Source: Octopus vulgaris
Taxonomy: Eukaryota
DNA: 64,000 nucleotides
Reading direction: 5' to 3'
NCBI GenBank assembly: GCA_951406725.2
Contig: OX597831.1
Coordinates: forward strand, 3,224,001-3,288,000
Position numbers and translations under genes: made by a program. The notes under the pieces were generated by a model, which was not told where the DNA came from, ran no database searches, and worked only from the letters and a program-made list of their open reading frames with translations. Below are positions 38,926 to 51,881 of this stretch, one piece after another; position 1 is the stretch's first letter, and every line of letters begins with the position of its first letter.

Positions 38926-38945
38926 AAACCTTCCTCTTCTCTCAT
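38460..38945. repeat. Long polypyrimidine (CT-rich) tract in intron 1
   Basis: Direct reading. Confidence 0.9.
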
Positions 38946-41900
38946 TTAGCAGTTATTTCTATCTCTCTTGTCAGTCTGTCCCTTTCTATTCTCTCATCTA
39001 ACTCGTTTGCCTTCTCCCTATGCGTTTCATGGGGGTCTTTCGTTTTAGGTACGTAAAATCCAAACCTCCACAAAATGTATTAGATCATCTGAGGATATGT
39101 CGACTTGAGGTAGACGAAGGCCATAAATATATATTGTCTTTGTGAACACGACGACGCCAGCTGAAGTCCTTAAAACGAAAGATACCCCCGTTTCTTGCCT
39201 TCGTGTTTGTCTTTTTACCACTCTTCTCAGTTTCCCCCCGTTTTCTTGCCATTTCTCTTTATCAATCTCTTCTTCTCTCACAGTACATTCCTTCTTACTT
39301 TTTCTCTATCTTTTCCTCCTTCTCCCCCCCTCCTGAAGTCCTGTCCTTTTCTAACAGTTTTTTCCCCCCCTGTAAATAGATATTTCCATCCTCTGTCCCT
39401 GTCCCTGTCCTGCGAAGCTATATAGATGTCGAGAGTTGTATCTCTAAGAAAGCTGAGGGGGTCCTTCTTCCTTCATCACAATGGCTAAGTCGTCTGGTTT
39501 AGAGAGTTCTTGCCTGCTCCTGCCCGGTTCGGTTCTCCATATTGATTCAGCAATGGTCTTGATGCCCTTCTGTTACTTAGTCGCGTCGGGATGGTATTGA
39601 ACCGAGCAAAGGTAGTATTGCGCCATCGGTTATTTTGAATTTGGTGGCAAACTGGTATCTTTGAAAGACAGCTGGGGTGTTCATAGCAATAGCTTCACAT
39701 GATTGGTTGCTGTTTTTTGTCATCTAATCAATTAATCTGCCTGTCTCCATCATCACCACCACCCTTTACTTATTTATTTACCTATACTTCCCTCCTCTCT
39801 CTCACCTCCCCCCCAACCTGACCCTTTAATCTTCCTTCCTTCCTTAGTCTCAAACATTAGGGTGGTTAGTTAGCTGGTCACCTTCTCCACTCCCTTCCAC
39901 CATAGATGTGGTGGATCTTATATCTTTTCTAGAAACCAATATTTGTAGCTTGTTGTTTACAGTATATGGCTTTTGGAGTCTTATTTTGTTGTTGTTTGTA
40001 TATTTAATAACAACACAATTTCCAACAGAAACTTCCTCTTGAATCTTGAATCTTGTCTCATTCCAACCTTATTTCAAACAGCTCTTCCTAACAGCTTTAA
40101 TGTATTTCTTCTATAGAGCAAAGACAGTTATATAGCCAACTGTTCTGGATGACAACTATAATAACGATCAACTATAAAAATGATACAATCAGTGATTGTT
40201 ATTGTTTATTATTGTTGTTATCTTGTTAAGTTGTATTTTATTGTTTCACTTTTAATCTTGGATTCTCTTTTTTTTTTTTGCACACTCTGCTGGTTAGTCA
40301 CACAGCCTTATACAGGAAGTAGTAGACATCTGCACATATATACATGTGTGCGTGAGTGAGTGTGTGTGTATGTACATGTATATATTTATATATCTATATA
40401 AATTTTTTTTTTTTGTTATTTGTTTACTTGGCTTCATCCTTATGTTGATTAGCCATGTGCTTTTTTCTCACCTTCACCTAAGTTATTCATTCAGATGTCA
40501 GGGCTGCTGCTGTCATCCAAACTATTCTTACCTACCACTCCCACCTGCTCCAGTCTCCATACACTTTCATCATAGTACAGCAACAACAACAATATACAGA
40601 GCAGAGAAAATATCTTATTCATCTGCTACTATCAACTTAGTCTTTTTTTTAAAGATGTTACCCTCACTTTCTGGTTGCTTTATCACTTAAATCATTTTAA
40701 TTGACTATATAATTAGTGTTGCTGTGTGCTGTATAATAATGTCCTCAATGGAAATATTTAATTTGAAATCATTCATTATTATCAACCAAGGTTCTTATGG
40801 AAAGCATGAACATCTCAACATCTCCTTTAGTATTAAGTCCCCAAAGTTTGTATTTGCCATGGCTGCTGTAGATGGCCTTTATTTTTTTACAGTCTCCTTT
40901 TCTCAATATACACTTCACTTCACCCTCCATTTTACAGAATTGCTAATAAATATTTCAGTTTCCACATTATAAATCTTTTCTCAGTGTCTCTCACAAAACA
41001 CACAGGCACACACACACACACTCACACATTATGAGCAGGAACTGTTAGAACAGTCTGTTTTGTGTTTCCCCCATATTTATATTTTATTCACCATAAAGCT
41101 GTTAAGATAAATCTTAGACTAATGTTAGCATGGGGCAAGAGAAGCTGTGACTGGTGATTCAAATTACATTAATGTATGAAACACAAATAAACACAGCCTC
41201 CAGTCTATACCGGCTCTACCTCTTATTCGTATTGCTTAAGGTCGCCACTACCCATATTTATTAATTACCCAAAATCTATTCCCCCTTTTCTGTTGGGATT
41301 GTTGTGGCTTCAGTAGGCCACAGTTTCGACATTTGTTGTTGTTGTTGTTACTAGTAGCAGTACAGTGTATTATCGATAGAGAACGATCTCTGTCTGTGGA
41401 GTAGTGCATCGCCATAACTGCTACTTGGTTGAGCTGCTGCGACTAGCTGAGCTGGTTGAACTGGATGAATGAGAATAATAAGCAAACTTCTCGACGCTGG
41501 TTGAGAGATGTTGTAGCAGGCTAGGAAAATAATAAATTATTTCTAATATCTCTCTGATGATGATTATTAAAATAGAATGGTTCTGTGTTGAATGAAGATC
41601 CTCCCAATTAAGTTTTATGTATAAGTGTAATTATTTTTTAATGAAGGTTTCATTTGTAGAATAGAATGAAAAACCCTGAGAAGCACGTCCTGTTTCGTTC
41701 GTGTCTACCAAACCTATCACGACAGTCGGGGTTTTGGCTGTTATAAACCGAAGCAACCCCCTTTATTCGAGAAGAGGACATGGTTATAATATAGAGAGGC
41801 TAGGGGAACGAAGTTTTAGTAATTGCTGCTCTGACTTAACACTTAGCACACGTGCACCCAACAACATCCATCCATCCATCCATCCAAAAGGATGGCTTAA

Positions 41901-43809
41901 TAGGTAACAGTTGGTGGCATTGTTTTTGCTGGTTATTTTTTTTGTTATGCTTTTTCGTGGATAATAAATAATCACGAAAACGTTGATAATGATAATCATT
42001 TTCCACCCCGTCTCGTCTCTCGGCAAGCCATACATACCCCCCCTCCATCCTTGTATGGTTGGCTCTCTCTCTCTCTCGTCGCCATCATCGTCCGTGTAAT
42101 AAATAAATATGTAATATCGTCTACTTTTCCTTCGTTCCACTTTCGTTTCCCCGTCCCAAAATAATATAATAAATATATTTTGTTGTTTAGTTTTAAGCTA
42201 TCTTATCATCTGAGAGCAGGAAATCTCAACCCTATTTCAAATAGTGTATAGACACAAGCCATTCGCTTCTCTCTATTCCTCATTCACAGAGCCATTACTC
42301 ATACTTTTCCTATTTCCACCAACGATCTGGGTCGCTCTATATTAAGTCTTGCTTTCTTGCTCAGCATTACTGCTTTCTCTTCACATCAACCGGCTGCAGC
42401 TTTATATATATTCAATAACTTACTAGCTACTTACTGTTGGGGACAATTTTTCTGTTAATAAATTACTATTAAAGTTTATTTTATTTAATAAACATATATT
42501 TTCTTTCTTTCTTCTCTTCTCCTCCTCTCTCTCTCTCTCTCTTTCTCTCTGTGTCTCCTCCTCCTGTACCTCCTCTCTTCACAAGTCTTGAGACTCCTTC
42601 CCTTCCTTCTCTCCAACATGTCTCTGTTCTCTGTTTTGTGTTCACAGCTCAAAATGCTGAAATATAAATAAATGTGTGTACATTCTGTAGTCGTATTTCA
42701 GTATGTATGATAAACTTGTTAGTGATTTACCGTTGTGGTGGTCACCACCACCGTAGGGTTAGTTTCGATTGAAATGAGTCAAAAGCTGTTTTCTAGTTCA
42801 CATCCCAGCTCCGACAACGACGACTAATTTCTCTCTCTACCTCCCCCTCTATCTTCCCTTTGTACTTATGGCTTTGCTTTATAACATTCAAAACCTTTAT
42901 TTCCTTCCATACCTATACTTTTATTAAGTACGAGTCTCTTCTTAATTTTGTCTCGTCTCTCGAGTGTTTATCTCTATTTTGGAAAAATAAAAACCAGATT
43001 TTGAAAAAATTACCCCAACCGCAATCTTTTTGTCTCATTTTCCCCCCACATCTCTTATCTACCTCGGTGACTTATTAATCAACGGCTTCTTGTACTTTTA
43101 ACCGATAATAACCGACGATTCCTCACTTGGAATCTATTTTAAACATTTATAAACGCATTCTCCTAACATTTCTTTTAAACGGTAACCATTTTGTCGCTCG
43201 ATTTTTTTTTTCCATGACGTACAGGATTTAATTTCCTTGATTTTTTTCTAGTTTAATGATGTATTTTTTTTTGTTTTGCCACACTGAGTGAATTAATGTT
43301 GGAAAAATGATATACATTTATGTTTTCGTTACTCTAAATTCATAACCAGTTCTGACAATGAACGAGGAGTAGTGATGTGTATGTCTTAATTTGTATGTAT
43401 GTGTATGCGTGTTGGTGAAACAAAGAAACGTGTTTAAAATCCTTCTAAAGACGGTGGTGTTTCGATCGTTCTATTTCGTTGTTTAGTTTTCTAATCTACC
43501 GTTCAAGACACTACCGTATTGGTTAATGGTGATATTCATGTTAGTGTTGCGAATAGTGAGAATAATACTATTGATTTGAAAGGAGTAATAGCCATTTTAT
43601 TAACGTAGTGTTTGTGATTCTGTCAATTGACCTTGCAAAGCGTTTGGAGTAGCTTCGAGTTGTTTCCCTTATATTTTTCAAAAGGCATGGTCAGGCCCGA
43701 GCAATTTTCTCTCTCTAAAAAACCAACATTCAGGACAGTCCCAAATTTACACCCTGTGGATTTCACTAGATTTCAATCAAAATAAAAGTCTAAATTCTCT
43801 GGCTACATG

Positions 43810-43988
43810 ACATCCGGAAGTGTGGGGTGGTAGTTAAACATGGCTCGTCTTTACGTCACTCTGCTTTAATTTAAAACTCTTCTTAATCATTTCTGAGTAA
43901 TTATTTATAAAGTTTAAAAAAAAAAAAAACTTTATATGATTCGATCAATTTAGATTTATAAAATATACAGATTTACTGTGTCGTAAGT
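43810..43988 (+). promoter_or_regulatory. Candidate intronic alternative promoter and non-coding first exon
   Basis: ETS site CCGGAAGTG 43814-43822, YY1-type AAACATGGC 43836-43844, CRE-like TTACGTCA 43851-43858, then donor GTAAGT at 43983. Confidence 0.45.
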
Positions 43989-46004
43989 AATATCTAAAAT
44001 CTGGTTTTGACAATACAAGTTGCTGTATAGAGATATGGTAAGGTGGTGGTGGTGGCAATGGTTGTTTGTGTGTCATCGAAATGGTTGCATCTGTTTACTA
44101 TTTTATATAATAATTTGTTTATTTTAATAAAGCTTTTGGAACCTGACTGTTTTGATTCGTTGTACAATTAAGATTTTTAATTGTTACGTTTTACGTGTTC
44201 GAAACTGGTTGTCTCCCTTGTTTGGAGTTGGTATCGTTTTCCTCTCTTGGTTTCGCTTGTTTCCTTTTGGTCAGTTTATTGTCAACGACTTACCACACTA
44301 TATTACTATTCACCTAGTTTGGCTTGGTAAGGATCGCTGTATTTTTTATTTTAATGGATACATAATAGACTCTTGTTAATTTCTTTCGCTTTCATCCCAA
44401 GATAATTGTGTGTGTGTGTGTGTCCTTATTACCAGCAAATTATACTACATATAGTCGGACATGCCCATTTAAACCATTGTTGCGGAGATCACATGATGAT
44501 TGGAGCTGTGCAAGCTACTTCACATAGCAATTTCATACAGCATTCAAACCATTTGTAAATAAATATCACCAATATTAGATATCGTCAATATACTAGATAA
44601 TTGCTATGCAGTCCAGTTGTGTTTTTGATTTTTACTTGTCAATATTTCTTAACAGTTAAAAACTCTAAAGCGAGAAATATTTGCTTTCACACACAGGGCT
44701 TAGCGTGAATAAAATGTATGAAGATTGTTTGAACTCGGTGCTTTTTGGTGATAACCTAGATAGACAGGGCTTGTGTTTTTGTTTATGTAGCTTATGTAAA
44801 TTGTTAATTACCTATTTGGCTTCGCAACACTGTCTTTCTTTCTTGTTTTGTGTTACTTAAGATAAAAAAAAAAAAGTAGAATTTACATTGAAGCTAGTGA
44901 TATTTTTAATAGCGTGTTGTCAAATACTTACATAGCCAGTCTTAGAAGAGGCTTTCTAGTTATTGGTGCTAATGTAATAAAGAAAAATTACTATAGACTT
45001 ATGGAAATTTCCTATCTTTTGAATATCTCAGTGCTTTTCTATGTGACCTAAGAAGAGAATTCCATTATTCATTAGAATAATTTAGAAGAATGTTCATTAT
45101 TCCGTACTTGTAACTCTACTTATTTACATCAATAAAACATTTGTGTCTTTACAATTATCGTTATATCTTCAAAGTTCTATTCTTGCTTGTCTCTTGAATG
45201 CCGTTTTGTTCCTTTAGCGACTGTAGACTATATTACACAGTGTATAGAGGTCTTGAATATCCCTCTTGCTAGCCAACATCTTAGTTGTTTTGCCCTGTTG
45301 ACTCGGGGGGTGTGTATTGCAGTAGCATTTTGGTTCGTCCAAATTCTCAGATGTCAGTATTGATATCGCATTTTCTCTCTTCCCTCTTGATTTGCTTCCT
45401 TTGACCAGTGACACTTGCATATTGTGAGGGCAAATGTGTACAAGTTAGTATCTAATGTTGTATATTGTGTTCATATCCATTTGCAAGAGTTTAGTTTTAC
45501 CTTGCAAAAAAAAAAAAAATGTCTTTCCTGTCCATGAATTAGTTCGGTCTGTAGAGCAGATTCATGTTAAAAACCAACAACCATAATAGTAATTGTAACA
45601 CGAAAACAACATGGCATATTGTCTGAAATGTTAGCATTTAGTAGATGTGAGTCTTTATTAAAAAATTAAGTTGAATATACATTTCATGTTTCTAGTTTTA
45701 CTCTTACAGTTATCTGTAAGTTGTTTTTCAATCTAAATTTAATATCAATAAAATACCAATTGCAGTTGGAACTCTGAAGAGTATATATAATGTTTTGCTT
45801 TAGCTTTTTATCTATTTTATACATATTGTAGACGACCTGGGTATTTTGTTTCGCTTTCACAATTAATATAAAGAGTTTAGTATATCCTATGAATGGTCTT
45901 CAGTATTTGAAACTTACATAATTTAAGAATAAAATGTTTTGGTGCAATTCAAAATTTATCATCTTTGTTTGTTCTAATAGATGCCATTTATTTTTTTGTT
46001 GCAG

Positions 46005-46178
46005 GGAGGTGGAAATATGAATGAAATGCCACAACAAAGACGAGCCTCAGGTATTCCTAATTTTCCTCAACAGACATCTCAATATAACAATCAACAATTT
46101 TCACCTAATTCCCAACGTTACATGATGGGAACCGGACAGGTTCGTTCAGGACAAATGAGCCAGCCCTATGGACAACAG
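46005..46178 (+). CDS. ARID1: ARID1-like coding exon (58 codons, GGGNMNEMPQQRR...QPYGQQ)
   Basis: Acceptor tttttttgttgcag| at 46004, donor CAG|GTAAGT at 46179. 174 nt, phase 0-0, same Q/P/G/M/Y composition as exon 1. Confidence 0.82.
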
Positions 46179-46434
46179 GTAAGTTTTCGTTCAGTGCAGA
46201 TGATTATGGAAATTACCTGCTTCTCTACTTGAAACTTCCCAATCTAAATAAATGAAAACGGAAAAATTTAATTGGTCTTTAATAGTTTTTTAAATATAGA
46301 TTTCAGTAAGCGAAATACATTTAGCTCCAAAGAAAGGGAGACTCGTTTAGTGTGCATATACCGTACCTAGTTTAATTCATGACCAGTATGTTGAGATACG
46401 GATAATTTTTATGTTTAAAATTTTATTTTTCTAG

Positions 46435-46494
46435 CATCAAGGTGACTTGTTCAGTTATAAACCTGGTAAACCACGAATGGTTGATGTTAACAAG
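46435..46494 (+). CDS. Candidate 60-nt in-frame cassette exon (HQGDLFSYKPGKPRMVDVNK)
   Basis: Acceptor ttttatttttctag|, donor AAG|GTAATA, 20 open codons, phase 0-0 compatible with the flanking exons. Confidence 0.45.
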
Positions 46495-48599
46495 GTAATA
46501 TTTTTATACCTATCAACTTAGTTACATATTATTTTAAAATTTTAGTTCATATTTTTAGTAGCTGTTTTAGTTTTTAATTATTATTTTTTTGAAAATTACT
46601 ATTCGAAATAAAAAGAATATATTCTATTTTAATTTCTGAAAACTGGTCCATGGTTTATTGAAGTGGGTGAAACATCAATTTCATTTCATTTTGCTTAGCA
46701 ATAGGTTTATGAAGGTTAACGTTATTATTTGAATAATCCTTAAGGCAGTGAGTGGGCAAAATACCTTGTTGTATTTAGTTACACCCCTTTACTCTCTGAG
46801 TTGAAGTTTTGCTAATGTTGGTTCTGCCTATCATTGTTCTAGGTTGATTAAAGAAGTACCTGATAAGTGCTTGCATTGACTATACACTCCCTCGAAATCT
46901 ATAGATTTGAACCCATGTTAGAAATCCTTATTAATTGTAGGTGACATTGCTAATGTTTGATCTGTGTAGGCTGTTAAACAACCGCTATTATTTTTAAATA
47001 GTTGTCGGCTATTTCTTTCTGGGATCAGTAGAATTAGAATTGACCAACACCTTTCAATCACACAGACATTTATTACCGAACAACCACAGTTGCACTTTGA
47101 GTTTAGAAGAGCGTAAATGTTATTGCTATTAAGTATAACACTAGTAAAACTAAAAACTAAGTTTCGAATGGTGTGATGGAGCTCTCAATGATATATAATC
47201 ATAAAAATAGTAGCAGTCAAATTTAGAATTTTTTTCGACATCTACCATCATCAGGTTTCATTCAATTTATAGCTTACAGATATTTATTTTAAATTCTTAA
47301 GTTTAAATTATTGCTCTAAAAGTGTAGGAAATTTTTGCAACTAAATGTATTTGGATTAAGGCGAAGATATTAAATTGTTTCAAATGTTTTTCATGGAAAA
47401 ATTGAAGAAGGTATTTGTAAATAATATTAATAGTGACTGAGACTCAGTATTCAGTATTATTATTGAAGGCTAATATTTGTGTTTTTAGTGTAGCTACAGT
47501 TTGAAGACTTATTGATTTCTTTTGTCTTGAAGCTATTTTCTCTTGATCTGGTTTAAATTTCATTTAAATTTTTAATGATAGCCTCACCAACAATCTACAA
47601 TATTATTTCTTGTTAAAGTAGAATACCATTTCTTCGTCATTATTATTTTATCAGTAGAGAGACTTGTATACTGTGCTTAGCAACAGAACTGGCGTGCTCA
47701 TGCTTGTAGGAGCAATCTGACACTGCTTGGTAAAAGTCATATTTACATGAAAACATTCACTATTTGACATCGTTTTCTTAAATTATGATTCCCTCCTCCT
47801 CCTCTTTTTACTCCCACAATATATTCACTTGCCAGATTTATAAGTAATTTTGTGTATATATATATATACACATACACACCCACACATACAGGTACACACA
47901 CACACATAGCTTCATATTTGTATCTTAAGATAACATTTTGTCCACTCATCATTGAAGTTTCTTGTTGAAAAATATGGTAAACTTTCTTTTGTCAGCTTCA
48001 GTATACTTTGTAGATTGTTTCCTAATTATACCTTGACTACTCCAATGTGTCAGAATATCAGAAACCACTACATTAGCACATTTCTTGATAGTTTCTGTGT
48101 TAGATACTGACAAAATTGTTAGTTTTGTAGCTAAACTAAGCAAGAGTAATGTACCTTGTCTGGAGATGTTCAGTGAAAGCTGTAACGCAGAGTAAACTTT
48201 GCAGGTTTTTTGGTATACAGATAAGTGTTCTGTTGAATGTAGTTTACCCAAAGAAAAATTAATTCTTTATTCATGTAATAGTCAGCTAATGGCTCATTAC
48301 TGTTTGACTATCTCACACACAGACACACACACATTGTGTGGAGTAAGAATAGTTAATAGCTCTATCATGACTACTGTATAGTGTTTCTACACTGTAAGTC
48401 CAGTTATGGGTAAGATGGAAGGGCAAGTTTTCTTTTAAATTGTTTTGGTTGAAATCTTACTTCAAAACTAAATTTATATATTATTTTCTTAGTTAATTGC
48501 ATTGATTAAATAAGCGCTGCTGATTAAATAAGCGCTGCTGATTAAATAAGAGTTGATAGATTGTTTCATTGGTTTTTTTTTGTGTTCATTTCATTTTAG

Positions 48600-48794
48600 A
48601 TACCTGGTCAATTTGTTCCTAATCAGATGGTCTTCAACCAATCAATGGGTGTTTCACAAGTGGTGCATCAACAACAACCTACACCACAACAACCACCACA
48701 GCCTCCAGGGCCCTCTCCACCAAGACATTCTCCACAAGCTCCACTAGCCACTCCACCAACATCAACTCAACAGCAACAACAACAACAGCAGCAA

Positions 48795-48841
<47 letters not shown>

Positions 48842-48962
48842 ACAACCAACGTCCCAGTCCCAACCGTCCCCTCAATCACAACAGCAACAAAGTTCACATA
48901 CTCCTCAACCATCCCCACTTCAGAATCAGTCTCCTCAGCATAATCAGCAAAACAGTCCTCAG
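48600..48962 (+). CDS. ARID1: ARID1-like coding exon with polyQ (121 codons, IPGQFVPNQMVFNQ...QQNSPQ)
   Basis: Acceptor ttcatttcattttag| at 48599, with a second in-frame AG at 48626; donor CAG|GTTGGT at 48963. 363 nt, phase 0-0, with a 26-Gln mixed CAA/CAG tract at 48768-48845. Confidence 0.8.
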
Positions 48963-49854
48963 GTTGGTTTTTTTCCTCTCCTCTTCAAAATGCAGTGATC
49001 GTTGCTTATTGTTGTCTACACAGCCACAGTTGATTATGATGATAATGGTGGGCAGATGGCCAAATGAAGGGCTGCCTGTTCACATTTCATTATTTAGTGT
49101 TGTACTGTGTCTGTGGCTTGCTGAAAAGTTCCCAGCTTTGAGTAAAAGAAAGACAAAGGAGGATCATTAAATTGTGATTTTACTCAGCATATTCACTTCT
49201 CAGATTCACAAACTTAATGCAACGGCCCTTCAGATTTTTTAAGCCCTGTAAAAGAACTCAGAAGGTTGGGCCTCTGAACAGGCCTTTTGCGATACCCTTA
49301 AAACCAGGAATTTTCAGCCCCCACTTGTACTTGGTTCTGTTAACAGTTGACCATGGATGAGGCAATATCAATAATGTATTCACTTAGACTAGAATCTTTA
49401 GCTTTCTCACTCTGACCGCTAGTTGTGTGTAGGGCTATGTGTGTTAGTGGTGTGTAACAATTTATCTTCCATTCAATTTATGAACTGCTTGTTGGGATAT
49501 TTGTTATTTTGGATCAGGCACACGGTAACGATTATAGAAGCTCATGAAACCTTTGACTTCTCAATTTCTCTTCTCCATAAAGGTAACAAGCAAGACTAGA
49601 TGCTGATAAGTTATAGCTCCTCCATATTCATGAAATTTCACCGGTAGTTCATTAAAAAGTCTAAATTAAAGGTGGACTAGTGATCTTGTATGCCAATGCA
49701 GGTCATATCTTTACTTGCCCGTGAAGTCATGTTGAACAAATTGCTAATGTCTATCGAGGCAATGTTATTGAATTTAAGCAATTATTCATTGGTCTTCATC
49801 TGTAATGTGGCCATCGAAATGTAGCATTCCTGATCTTTACTTAATATCTTTAGG

Positions 49855-50240
49855 CTGCAGCCATGCTGGGGCACTGCTGTGAAGAATTTTTAGTTGGATG
49901 AATCCACCCAAATACTTATTTTTTAAATCCTGGTACTTATTCTATCGGTCTCTTTTGCCAAACTGCTAAGTTACAGAGACTTCTATGCATCAGCACTGAT
50001 TTGTCAAGTATTGATTTACAAACACAAAGAAACGCCCGCCCACACACATGCATATACATATGACAGGCTTCTTTCAGTTTCTGTCTACCAAATTCACTCT
50101 CAAGGCTTGGTCTACCAAATTCACTCGCAAAGCTTGGTTGGCCCCAAGGCAATAGTAGAAGGCACTTGCCCAAGTGCCACGCAGTGGAACTGAACCCAGG
50201 GTTATGTGGTTGGTAAGCAAGCTTCTTACCATATAGCCAC
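49855..50240 (-). mobile_element. SINE family A, old copy (intronic)
   Basis: Family A motifs with an internal 25-30 bp duplication. Confidence 0.78.
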
Positions 50241-50426
50241 GGCATTATTCATTTTGTCTGTGCTATAAAATTCCACAGATAGCAAGAAACTTAGAAGCAT
50301 TGAGTTTATTAGCTGTAAAATATAATTACACAAATCTGATTGCAAAATTCTTTTTATAGTCCACTCTTTAAAAAGTCACTCCAATATATACTGTGATTTT
50401 ATTAGTTGCATACATGAAATATTTAA

Positions 50427-50605
50427 CCCCTTAGCATTCAAATTGACCATATTTGGTCTTTGCTATCGACTCTATAATGTCATTCTAAAAATAAACAATC
50501 AGATTATCAAAATCTCAAAGCTACAAGATAATGCAGGATTAAATTGAAAGCAATATGAATAATAAATAAGCATCACATTTGAAGAGTAATCTGAATGTTA
50601 CAGGT
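50427..50605. mobile_element. piggyBac-like MITE
   Basis: TTAA followed by ccccttagcattca ... tgaatgttacagg; similar to 788-1012. Confidence 0.55.
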
Positions 50606-50614
50606 TCAAATGTA

Positions 50615-51881
50615 CAAAGGGGTGCTGAAAAATTTGGCTCAAAAGGTATTGCAAATGGGCAGAGCTGTTGCCTTTACAGGGAAGATAGGACAACTATTTA
50701 GATGCGCAAAATATTATGATGGTATACGATATCTCTCTCTCTTTTTTTGTAGATTTGTTGCATGATGGCAGCTCCTGCAATAGAGTTTGATATATAATTG
50801 GAGCATGGGTGGTCATGAAGTCTCTCTTTTTGCAAGGTAAAGGAGTGGCAAGATGTAAGAAGTCTTGAAGGATGGTTGCCCATCTTACTCCACAGTGAAA
50901 ATCTGGGTGTCAAGACTTTGAACTCAAGTCCTTGTTATAGGGCTTAGTAAACAAGTGATCCCTGCTCAGGACGGCCAACCTTTGTGACAACAGAGGACGA
51001 AGCCAGTGCTGTGCATGTCATTCTCAAGGACCACTGGATTTCAGCTAAAGTCATTGCTGAGACTGAGGCTTTTCCCACAAAGGAGTTGGTCACATCACCC
51101 ACAACATTCTGGGCATGGGAAAGCTTTCCACAAAATGGGTTCCGAAATTCTTGAACACAGACCAGAAATGCATCAGAGTGACAACATCAAAGGCAATTTT
51201 AGACCGGTTAGCAGCAGGAGAGGCTGATTCTATGGTTTGTTAAGTCACCATGGTGAAACTTGGCTTCATTATAATGATCCCTGACCAAGCAGCAATCAAT
51301 GAAGTGGCATCGCTGCAGTTCATTGTGTCCCAAGTTTTGGTGCCAGAAGTCAGCTGGAAAGATTCTGGCTCCAGTATTCTGGGACAAAGATTACTCCTCG
51401 TAAAATACCTGTCAAAGAGTTGCACCATCAATGCAGAATACTACATGTCTCTGTTGGACGAACTGCTTTGAAGCAGTAACACCGTGATAAGCTGAGCCGT
51501 GGTGTCCTGCATCAGTGCACACAGCATATGAAACTCTACAGAAAATATGCGACTTTGGCTTCAAATTGGTAGACCTCCCACCTTACTCTCTTGACTTTGA
51601 CCCCCTCTGACCATCACCTCCTTCCTGAAGAAACATTTCAAGGGAATGAAATTTCACTCCAATTTGGAAGTGATCGTTGCTACAGAAGCCTGATTGGAGG
51701 CCCAACCTTCTGAGTTTTTGTTATAGGGCTTAGAAAACCTGAAGGGCTAGTGCAATAAGCGTGTGAATTTGAGTGGGGAATATGTTGAATAAAATCATAA
51801 TTAATTGATTTGGTAAAAAATACAAGAGGATCTCCTGTATTTTCTTTTACTGAAAGCCAGGAAGTTTTCAGCGCCCTCTTG
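50615..51881 (+). mobile_element. Full-length decayed mariner transposon (intronic)
   Basis: TA-flanked TIRs caaaggggtgctgaaaa / ttttcagcgccctcttg, about 1.27 kb; motifs KWVPK, GETWLHYNDP and PPYS. Confidence 0.88.

Noticed and set aside
47220-47258. Minus-strand CTGATGA...CGAAA in the intron
   Set aside because: Stems I and III do not pair; likely chance.
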